This document shows, piece by piece, positions 56,772 to 64,000 of a DNA stretch of 64,000 nucleotides; within the stretch, counting starts at the first letter, position 1, and every line of letters starts with the position of its first letter. A model generated the notes under the pieces. It had not been told where the DNA came from. It was given only the letters and a program-made list of their open reading frames with translations, and ran no database searches. Both the position numbers and the translations under genes were made by a program. The DNA is from Candidatus Bathyarchaeia archaeon (GTDB lineage Archaea > Thermoproteota > Bathyarchaeia > Bathyarchaeales > Bathycorpusculaceae): the NCBI GenBank assembly GCA_038883655.1, contig JAVZLQ010000003.1:227735-291734 (forward strand), in the 5' to 3' direction.

Positions 56772-58021
56772 TAACACATCGTTCCGTATCCTATAAGTCT
56801 CCATCTTCCCGCCATTTTTCTGCTTATTGCAACTCTAGACTCCGGCTGTGCACAAACAGGTCTTGTAAGTTTTAGGATAACCATGTCCTTTTTTACCGCG
56901 GAGACCTTTCCAACCGTTACGGCAGCGCCTACATGCAAGAGGAGCGTTTCGTTTAAGCTTATTTCTTCAACTTTCATTAAATCTTTGGTTCCAACGGCTC
57001 TTTCGAGAATATGTGCCTCTAACGTTAACTCCGACAATGTTGGCGGAAGTGTGTCGGACTTGCCAACCATGTTACCTGTCAATCCGTCAGCTTTAGAAAA
57101 CGACGGGTCTAGTAGTGTTCCCACACCAACAAGTCCGCCGCAACGTGCTTCATTAACGTTTCTTCCACCAGCATGCAAACTGACAATCTCGCTAAACAGA
57201 GAATGGTACGTGCTCTTTCCCTCTTTTTCCAGCGCTATTCCAGGTCTTATCTCTATTTCGTCCCCAACCTTAAACTTGCCCTGCAAGATTGTGCCTCCGA
57301 TTACTCCCCCCTCCAACTTTTCTATTGGTGTGCCAGGCTTGTTCACGTCGAAGGAGCGGACAACATACATCAATGGAGGCTTTGCTTCGTCTCGCTTTGG
57401 TGTTGGTATGAACTCTTCCATGGCTTGTATGAGAACATCGATGTTTACCTTGCGTTGGGCTGAGACGGGAATTATTGGAGCATTTTCGGCGATCGTTCCC
57501 TTAACAAAGTTCTTTATCTCTTGATAGCTTTCACGCGCTCTCTCCTCATCAACAATGTCTATCTTGTTCTGTACAATAACAATATTTTTTACGCCCACAA
57601 TTTCAGCCGCAGCCAAATGTTCCCTTGTTTGTGGTTGTGGGCATGGCTCGTCTGCCGCTATTACGAGCAATGCCCCATCCATTATTGCTGCTCCAGAAAG
57701 CATTGTTGCCATAAGCGCTTCGTGTCCAGGAGCATCCACGAAGCTAACCGCTCGTATAAAAGTTGTTTTTGAACCGCAGTTTGGACATGTTGTTTGTGTT
57801 GTATAATTTTTTGGTGGTTCGCACTGTGGGCACTTGTAAATGGGCATGTCCGCATAGCCAAGTTTTATCGTTATGCCTCTCCTCAACTCCTCGCTGTGTT
57901 TTGAAGCCCAAACTCCAGTCAATGCTTGCACAAGTGTCGTTTTGCCATGGTCAACATGTCCCATGGTGCCTATGTTGATTTCGGGCTGTTTTGGTAAACC
58001 TACTTGTTTTTCTTTGCTCAT
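56771..58021 (-). CDS. eif2g: Translation initiation factor aIF2 gamma
   Basis: GHVDHGKT, DAPGHE, NKID and RWRLIGYG motifs. Confidence 0.98.
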   Translation of the reverse strand: MSKEKQVGLPKQPEINIGTMGHVDHGKTTLVQALTGVWASKHSEELRRGITIKLGYADMPIYKCPQCEPPKNYTTQTTCPNCGSKTTFIRAVSFVDAPGHEALMATMLSGAAIMDGALLVIAADEPCPQPQTREHLAAAEIVGVKNIVIVQNKIDIVDEERARESYQEIKNFVKGTIAENAPIIPVSAQRKVNIDVLIQAMEEFIPTPKRDEAKPPLMYVVRSFDVNKPGTPIEKLEGGVIGGTILQGKFKVGDEIEIRPGIALEKEGKSTYHSLFSEIVSLHAGGRNVNEARCGGLVGVGTLLDPSFSKADGLTGNMVGKSDTLPPTLSELTLEAHILERAVGTKDLMKVEEISLNETLLLHVGAAVTVGKVSAVKKDMVILKLTRPVCAQPESRVAISRKMAGRWRLIGYGTMC

Positions 58022-58093
58022 CTGCTCGTTTCCCGTAAATTTTACAAACTATTGAAAGGTTAACCTTACATATTAATAAATGTTAATTGAACC

Positions 58094-58540
58094 TTAAGGG
58101 TTGGCAGTTTCTCCTTCTTGTGTCTTGTTTTCCTTTTTTCTTTGCGTTTCAGTTTTCTTTGCTCTGGCCTTTTTGCCCTTCTTTTCCTTTTTTGGAGGCG
58201 CCACTATTTTCATGTTCACTTGCACAATTTCGTCGGTTATTACGTTTCCACGCACAGTTTTCCTCCTTCTCTCTCCTTCTTGTTTCGGGTTAAACCCAAC
58301 TCCTGCACTTAATATAACCTGCCGACGCACTCCACCATGAACGTTCGGTCTCATTGGGAATCCATCCTTATCCGAACCACCAGTAATTTGCACTTTCTTT
58401 CCGGGCAAGTCTACTATTGAACCGTCAACTATCTCCCCTATTTTCCTTCCAATTAATGGAGCTGCCCGTGCTTCTTCGAGCTCAACAACTTTTGAGGTTC
58501 CAGACTCTGGGTCGGATATTATCACTTTGAATTTTGCCAT
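58094..58540 (-). CDS. rps6e: Ribosomal protein eS6
   Basis: ITGGSDKDGFPM; GERRRKTVRGN. Confidence 0.97.
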   Translation of the reverse strand: MAKFKVIISDPESGTSKVVELEEARAAPLIGRKIGEIVDGSIVDLPGKKVQITGGSDKDGFPMRPNVHGGVRRQVILSAGVGFNPKQEGERRRKTVRGNVITDEIVQVNMKIVAPPKKEKKGKKARAKKTETQRKKENKTQEGETANP

Positions 58541-58664
58541 GCGGTTTTCTCTCCGCGAATGTTATGAAAGTTAAATGTCTTGCTTTTAAAGATTTACAAG
58601 AAACACTATGTATTTGTTGATTTTCTGCTTTCTGTTTGCGCTTCACTTTTGTTGAGTGTGTCAT

Positions 58665-60122
58665 TTATTCTACGTGTACCCTGAATAGGTCTACGTCTTC
58701 GCGCATGGCTGGTGTTAATTCAAGGAACTCTCTAACTGCACGCTTAATATCTTTGGATTGAGTTACGTATCTTCCAACAACTACTATGTCTGCTCCTTTT
58801 TCCAATGCTTCTTTAGCGGTTTCAGGGATAATTCCGCCAGCAACAGCAATCAAAAAGCGCTTATCACTGAATGTCTGCCGCAATTCTTGGATGAGATCTA
58901 ACCCTATTGTTCTTCCGCTTTCCTCATCTATCCCCCTATGTATAATGATCACGTCTGGAAACTCTCTGAGTGCTTTAAGTTTTTTTATGGGGTCTTCAAC
59001 ATTTAACATGTCAACAAAAGCGTATATTCCAAGCCTTTTAGCTTCGTGTATGAAAGCGTCTAAAGTTTCAACTGGAGCCAGGCCAGCAGCAATCACAGCA
59101 TCTGCGGTTTCGTCATAAGCTATGTCGACCTCGACTTTTCCAACGTCCAGGGTCTTCAAGTCTGCAATGATGAAAATGTCCTTGGCAACTTCCCGCAGGT
59201 CGCTTATTACTTTCGTGCCGTACCTTTTAATTAATGGAGTTCCGGCCTCAAGTATTATTCTATCGCTTCTGGGAATTTGCATCAAAATCCTCTTAGTTCT
59301 ATCCAAATCTGGTATGTCAAGTGAGATTTGCACGTATGGCGGTCTCCAGAGGCGTGGCACTTGGAAGCCCATTATGGGATGTTTAGCCCTATCTTTATCA
59401 TAGAAAATTTTCTCTAACGACGGATACTTTGCCATAGCCCTTTTTAGTGCAAGCTTTGTCGCGCCATAGTTATAATGGTACAGCTTACGATAATCGCTTG
59501 CTTGTGGATGTACAAATGCGCTGCAAACAATAACCCAATCGTCGATTTTGTCCTTAGGAATCAAGCCTTCTTCAACAGCGTCAGCAACAGCCTTCGCCAC
59601 AGCAAATTGCACAGGACCAAAAATCTTGTTTGCATCCTCAAGATTTTTAACCGTAACCTTAGGAACGAGTAAGGTATGCGGTTTAGGAGGAAGATTGGGC
59701 CTTATTACAGCCAAAAGTGGAGTATGACCTTGCGAGAGACTCGCTAAGCCAGCGGCAAAGGCTTCTCCTACAGGGCCATCCTTGTCTCCTATTAAAAGGT
59801 CGATGTGCGCCACTTCGTTGCCCTCGCCCACCAAAGCCTCACCAATTAAATATGTGTACTTTCTTGGAAACTCGACAGTTTCCGACAACAAATTTGCCGA
59901 CTCCTCTTGCACGAGCTCGTCAAAGTCGACGTTAAACTCCTTAAGCCAAGAATACAACGTGTCTCGGTGAATGTTTAAAATTTTTGCAGTTCCAGAAACT
60001 GTAGGCTTTGTCGGTTTTCCCGTTAAAAGGCTGCGTGTCCTACACTCTTTTCTCATAACGTCTTTGAGGATTTTAATAAACTCTTCCCTTGATTTAGGTT
60101 TTTTAACGTCACGTTCCGACAT
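58665..60122 (-). CDS. fae-hps: Fae-Hps (formaldehyde-activating enzyme / hexulose-6-phosphate synthase) with extra N-terminal HTH
   Basis: IGEALVGEGNEVAHIDL (Fae); LEAGTPLIK and DLKTLD (Hps); N-terminal TVSGTAKILNIHRDTLYSWLKEF (HTH). Confidence 0.92.
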   Translation of the reverse strand: MSERDVKKPKSREEFIKILKDVMRKECRTRSLLTGKPTKPTVSGTAKILNIHRDTLYSWLKEFNVDFDELVQEESANLLSETVEFPRKYTYLIGEALVGEGNEVAHIDLLIGDKDGPVGEAFAAGLASLSQGHTPLLAVIRPNLPPKPHTLLVPKVTVKNLEDANKIFGPVQFAVAKAVADAVEEGLIPKDKIDDWVIVCSAFVHPQASDYRKLYHYNYGATKLALKRAMAKYPSLEKIFYDKDRAKHPIMGFQVPRLWRPPYVQISLDIPDLDRTKRILMQIPRSDRIILEAGTPLIKRYGTKVISDLREVAKDIFIIADLKTLDVGKVEVDIAYDETADAVIAAGLAPVETLDAFIHEAKRLGIYAFVDMLNVEDPIKKLKALREFPDVIIIHRGIDEESGRTIGLDLIQELRQTFSDKRFLIAVAGGIIPETAKEALEKGADIVVVGRYVTQSKDIKRAVREFLELTPAMREDVDLFRVHVE

Positions 60123-60254
60123 TCTACTGTCACTCAATAGTATCTCGCCGCATAGAAGTATATAAGATTGTCGGAGAATGTTTCCGTATACACGCATACA
60201 TCGACATTAAAAATGGTTAGTTCTCCCATGTTAACATCTTCTCTTTTCATTTCC

Positions 60255-60271
60255 CCGACAAAAGCTGTCGG
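60255..60271. promoter_or_regulatory. Palindromic operator-like site CCGACA-N5-TGTCGG
   Basis: Perfect 6-bp inverted repeat upstream of fae-hps, with further half-sites nearby. Confidence 0.55.
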
Positions 60272-60357
60272 ATCTCTAACCCCCACATACTATTTCTCAA
60301 TTGGTAAGCCTAAAATACTTTGGTTAGTTAAAGGCTAAATTCATGTGAGGTGTTGCA

Positions 60358-60537
60358 ATGCGATGGTACGAAATAGCATGTGTCCTTGTATTCTTTGTTG
60401 GTGTAGTTCTATTCTTGTACGGGGCGAACTATTACGATGCTCTTGCTGGTTGGACTGGTGTGGTTTTAGCTGTTGGCGCCTTTTTTGCTGAAATTCTCCT
60501 TAAAATTTATGAAGTTTTGGGCAAAAGTAGAGACTAA
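60358..60537 (+). CDS. 59-aa two-TM membrane protein
   Basis: MRWYEIACVLVFFVGVVLFLYGANYYDALAGWTGVVLAVGAFFAEILLKIYEVLGKSRD; GAGGTG SD; not in ORF track. Confidence 0.78.
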   Translation: MRWYEIACVLVFFVGVVLFLYGANYYDALAGWTGVVLAVGAFFAEILLKIYEVLGKSRD

Positions 60538-62070
60538 TTAGAGGTCGTAAAGTTTTGAGTATTTCTCTTCCAAGTATTGCAAGTATGGTTTAACATTCAA
60601 TTCTGTGCCCGTTATTTTCTTGATAAGGTCGGCTGGAGCGTAGAGGTTACCGTATTTGTGGACGTTGTTTACTAGCCAATTTTTTATTAAGCGAAAGTTT
60701 CCTTTGCTAACTTGTTCTCTCCAATCTGCTATCTCCTTTTCCATTTGTGCAAGTATCTGTCCGCTGTAAACGTTGCCCAATGCGTAACTTGGGAAATAGC
60801 CGAAGAGTCCGCTTGCCCAGTGCGTGTCTTGCATTACACCTTCAGAATCATTCTCGATTGTCAAGTCTAAATAATCCTTGTAGCTTTGGTTCCAAACGTC
60901 TGGGAGCTCTTTCACGGTCAGTTTTTCGGCAAATAAATCTCTTTCTATGTTGAACCTTATAATTATGTGTAGACAATACGTCACTTCATCTGCTTCAACT
61001 CGTATTTTTGAAGGCTTCACCTCATTTATTGCGTGAACAAAGTTGTCTAAGTTTACATCAAAAAGAATGGTGCCAGTTAACTCCTTAAGCTTTGGGAAGA
61101 AGTAAGTCCAAAATTCTCTTGACCTTCCAACAACATTTTCCACGAAGCGGGATTGTGATTCATGAAATCCTGACGAACATGCCGTTCCGACAGGTTGGTA
61201 AATCCATTCACGGTTTAGGTTTTGCTCGTACAAGGCGTGTCCCGCTTCGTGCAACACTGAGAATATAGCCGATGCGAAGTTGTCTTCGTAGTAGTGCGTC
61301 GTTATGCGAACATCATCATAATAGCCAGTTGTAAACGGATGCTCTGTTTCATCAATTCTACCTCCAGCGGCATTCGACTCTATATCATATTCAACGGCCT
61401 TTGCCAGTTCTCTTGCAATTTTGCGCTGCACATCAACCGGAACTTTCCGCCGTAAAATGCTGGTGTCGGGCTTTTTTGGAGACGATTGGCATTTGTCCAA
61501 CAGCAAAACAAGCCCATCTTTGAGCTCGCCAAAAACCTTTGTTATTACTTCTGCAGTCATTTTCGGTTCAAAAATATCGATTAACGCGTCATAAGGTGTC
61601 TTCGTTTGTTTGACATCCATTAAGATTTCAGCCGCTTTTTTCTCCAGTTCTAAGAGCTTTTCCAGTTCAAGCCTAAACATGCCAAAGTTTTTTGAGGCTT
61701 TTGCTTTCTTCCAAACATCCGTAGTTATTGTCCTTTGTTTTGCGATGGCAGCGACAAGCTCTGTTGGTAGCTTTGTCTGCTCATCATACTGCTTCTTTAT
61801 CAAGTAAACGTTTCTCTTTTGAACATCGTCCAGCGCATCGTAGTGCGGGCTGCGCATTATTTCCTCAAGCAGTTTTCCAATTTCTGGGTCTGTGCTCATT
61901 TTATGTTCTATTGTACTGAGTAAGGCCAGCTGCTGGCTTCGAAGCTCAATCGCCTTTGGAGGCATCATGGTCTCCGTATCCCAATGTAGAATGTACTCTG
62001 CTGATTGAAGAATAAACAAGTCTCTAACTTTCTCCATCAGCCTCTTATAGTTTGAATCTAACGCTTCCAT
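60538..62070 (-). CDS. M32 carboxypeptidase (Taq type)
   Basis: HPF, DVRITT, HEAGH, HESQ, IRVEAD and QDTHW motifs. Confidence 0.96.
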   Translation of the reverse strand: MEALDSNYKRLMEKVRDLFILQSAEYILHWDTETMMPPKAIELRSQQLALLSTIEHKMSTDPEIGKLLEEIMRSPHYDALDDVQKRNVYLIKKQYDEQTKLPTELVAAIAKQRTITTDVWKKAKASKNFGMFRLELEKLLELEKKAAEILMDVKQTKTPYDALIDIFEPKMTAEVITKVFGELKDGLVLLLDKCQSSPKKPDTSILRRKVPVDVQRKIARELAKAVEYDIESNAAGGRIDETEHPFTTGYYDDVRITTHYYEDNFASAIFSVLHEAGHALYEQNLNREWIYQPVGTACSSGFHESQSRFVENVVGRSREFWTYFFPKLKELTGTILFDVNLDNFVHAINEVKPSKIRVEADEVTYCLHIIIRFNIERDLFAEKLTVKELPDVWNQSYKDYLDLTIENDSEGVMQDTHWASGLFGYFPSYALGNVYSGQILAQMEKEIADWREQVSKGNFRLIKNWLVNNVHKYGNLYAPADLIKKITGTELNVKPYLQYLEEKYSKLYDL

Positions 62071-62230
62071 GACGCTTTTCTCCTAAATTGTGGAGAACAT
62101 ATCTTTGCGCAATTTCTATTTGAATTTTAATATGCGAAACGCTTTAAGGCGAGCATTTAAGGGAACTTTTGCTAGCAAATTTTATATTTGTTCCTCATAT
62201 GTGTAGTTAGCATCTAAAAGGTGTATTGTT

Positions 62231-63448
62231 ATGGTGAACTTTAGCTTTACTGAAGAGCAAGAACTTTTACGTAGGGCTGTTCATGAGTGGTGCCAAAAAG
62301 AACTTACGCTGGAAAAAATTAGGGAGATGGACAGCAGAGGAGAAATTCCAAGAGAAATAATCAAGGGATTAGGCGACCTGGGCCTTTTACTCATGACCGT
62401 GCCTGAAGAACATGGCGGAGCAAGTGCAGACTGGACTACAGCGTGTATCGCAGCTGAGGAACTGGGATACGCGGACATAAGCATAGCTGTTCCAGTGCTA
62501 TTTCTTGTTGAAAACGCTTGGGGCTTTGTAACTGATAAGTACTGCAGCGAATGGGTCCGCGAAGAAGTAATAAGAAAAGCGGTTAGGGGCGAAGCCTTCA
62601 TAGGCATAGCCTCAACGGAGGCGAGCGGAGGCTCAGATGTTGCAGCCATAAAAACAACAGGTGTTAAGGAAGACAACCATTGGATTTTGAACGGAGAAAA
62701 AACTTACATAAGTGGAACCGAAGAGGCGAAAAAAATTGGTGGAGGACACTTCCTCATAGCAAGAACCGCTCCGCCAACACCTGGCGCAGCCCATAGAGGG
62801 ATAACCGCCTTTTACTTGCCAATAAACACTCCCGGCGTTGAAGTCGGCAAGAGATTCGAGGAGATGGGCAGGATGGCAATATCCACCGGAAGCATAGCAC
62901 TAGATAACGTGAGGCTATCTGACGATTACCGGGTAGGCGAAGAGGGAAAAGGCTTTTACCTAACAATGGAGGGCTTCGACAACGCGAGGCTACTAATAGG
63001 CGCAACATGCCTCGGCGCTGCCCAGAGAGCCTTAGACCTTGGAATTGAATACATAAAAGAGCGTAAAGCCTTCGGAAATCCAATAGGCAAGTATCAGGGG
63101 ATACAATTTGACTTGGCGGATATGTGGGCTGAACTTGAAGCGTTACGGTCTCTCGTTTACAGAACGGCATGGATGAACGACGAAAAATACAAAAATCAGC
63201 GTTTCACACCCCTAGAAGTTACAAAATACATCTCAGCAGTAAAATTGCGGGCTCCCTCCTTCGCCTTCAAGGTATTTGAACATGTGATGCTCTGGATGGG
63301 CGCATGGGGCTACACAAAAGACTGCCCACTAGAAATGGGGCTGCGCGGCATAATGTCATATTACATAGGCGCGGAAGGCACAATGAACATACAAAGAATA
63401 GTCATAGCAAGAGAACTCCTAGGCAGAGAATACCTATCCTACAAATGA
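62231..63448 (+). CDS. Acyl-CoA dehydrogenase
   Basis: TEASGGSD, LNGEKTYI, RKAFG and EGTMNIQR motifs. Confidence 0.94.
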   Translation: MVNFSFTEEQELLRRAVHEWCQKELTLEKIREMDSRGEIPREIIKGLGDLGLLLMTVPEEHGGASADWTTACIAAEELGYADISIAVPVLFLVENAWGFVTDKYCSEWVREEVIRKAVRGEAFIGIASTEASGGSDVAAIKTTGVKEDNHWILNGEKTYISGTEEAKKIGGGHFLIARTAPPTPGAAHRGITAFYLPINTPGVEVGKRFEEMGRMAISTGSIALDNVRLSDDYRVGEEGKGFYLTMEGFDNARLLIGATCLGAAQRALDLGIEYIKERKAFGNPIGKYQGIQFDLADMWAELEALRSLVYRTAWMNDEKYKNQRFTPLEVTKYISAVKLRAPSFAFKVFEHVMLWMGAWGYTKDCPLEMGLRGIMSYYIGAEGTMNIQRIVIARELLGREYLSYK

Positions 63449-63451
63449 ACC

Positions 63452-63667
63452 TTAAAACACAACAATCGCTTTAAGCAAGTAGTTTTGGAGTGCTCCGGGC
63501 GGGATTCGGACCCGCGTCTCCGGCTCGAAAGGACCATTTAAGGGTTTTTCCATTAAAAGAGCTGTTAAAAAGTCGTTTATTCCCATTTTGGCTTCTTTTG
63601 CTTTAGCTCTTAGCAGTTCAGCGACTTCTGTTTTTAGGCAGATGCCCGTCATTCCAGGTTTAGGCAT
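63452..63667 (-). CDS. N-terminal fragment of a split (SSV/pTN3-type) tyrosine integrase, read through the att site
   Basis: RHH-like N-terminus, then [14 protein letters not shown] encoded by the tRNA-derived sequence. Confidence 0.7.
   Translation of the reverse strand: MPKPGMTGICLKTEVAELLRAKAKEAKMGINDFLTALLMEKPLNGPFEPETRVRIPPGALQNYLLKAIVVF
63491..63532 (-). mobile_element. att site: 3' half of tRNA-Glu(TTC), left boundary of an integrated element
   Basis: Minus strand CCTTTCGAGCCGGAGACGCGGGTCCGAATCCCGCCCGGAGCA covers anticodon loop, T arm and acceptor 3' strand; no 5' half. Confidence 0.85.
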
Positions 63668-63770
63668 TTTCTTTTCCCGCCTCCTTACACTTATTATTTT
63701 GCAACTTCGAGTTTTTAAATGGCAGTAAAAAATTATTAGTAATGGTTTCTCTCTGGTTATTGTAATGCTG

Positions 63771-64000
63771 TTACAATGAAACCTTCTGTTGTAGCATGTC
63801 CATGTGCTTTTTGTGATCGTAAATCCATGACTTTTCTTTGAAAAATTTGGGGAAAATAGTTTGTCTACGTCTTATTCTTAGGTCTTGTATTACATACTTA
63901 TAACTTTGTAAGAGTTTCATTTTTGCCAGTTCGGATAACTTATCGATGAAATTTCTGAATTCGTTGAATGGAAGAAAAACTTCTGTTAAGAGTATGTTTT
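63771..64000 (-). CDS. C-terminal end of an uncharacterised protein (cargo of the integrated element)
   Basis: Open frame ..[40 protein letters not shown]; AT-rich. Confidence 0.6.
   Translation of the reverse strand, partial: NILLTEVFLPFNEFRNFIDKLSELAKMKLLQSYKYVIQDLRIRRRQTIFPKFFKEKSWIYDHKKHMDMLQQKVSL

Noticed and set aside
56883-57524. Long antisense ORFs (e.g. 213 aa opposite aIF2-gamma, 189 aa opposite the aminotransferase)
   Set aside because: Shadow frames of well-conserved genes.
63491-63532. tRNA-Glu fragment as a trans-spliced split tRNA half
   Set aside because: It includes the whole anticodon loop rather than starting at position 38, lacks a GC-rich leader, and is read through by an ORF as expected for a split integrase.

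Overview
Archaeal chromosomal window, most consistent with Bathyarchaeia (TACK). The pointers are both PolD subunits together with Elf1, plus a group II GGGP synthase, Alba and archaeal ribosomal/RNAP genes; the taxon is inferred, not searched. It contains the replication origin (three ORB boxes, two of them inverted around an AT-rich DUE, upstream of orc1/cdc6), core housekeeping operons (POR, uL3-uL4-uL23-uL2-uS19, eS6-aIF2g-rpoE-spt4-eS24-eS31), an intron-containing tRNA-Ser(CGA) followed by a small accessory region, and at the right edge the att site and N-terminal integrase fragment of a tRNA-Glu-integrated element. Main leads: (1) an origin-flanking three-gene module (HTH protein, membrane-anchored coiled-coil wHTH protein, wHTH protein) surrounded by a clustered TGTGATGTC motif that also occurs inside neighbouring genes, a candidate origin-to-membrane tether or segregation system; (2) two promoter-bearing structured RNA candidates with shared motifs (37.7 and 40.5 kb); (3) an HTH-Fae-Hps fusion with CCGACA operator-like repeats at its own promoter; (4) a SerK-SerK'-phosphoserine sulfhydrylase fusion; (5) a box C/D sRNA with a readable 23S target. 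All calls come from reading the sequence by eye. No searches or folding programs were run.
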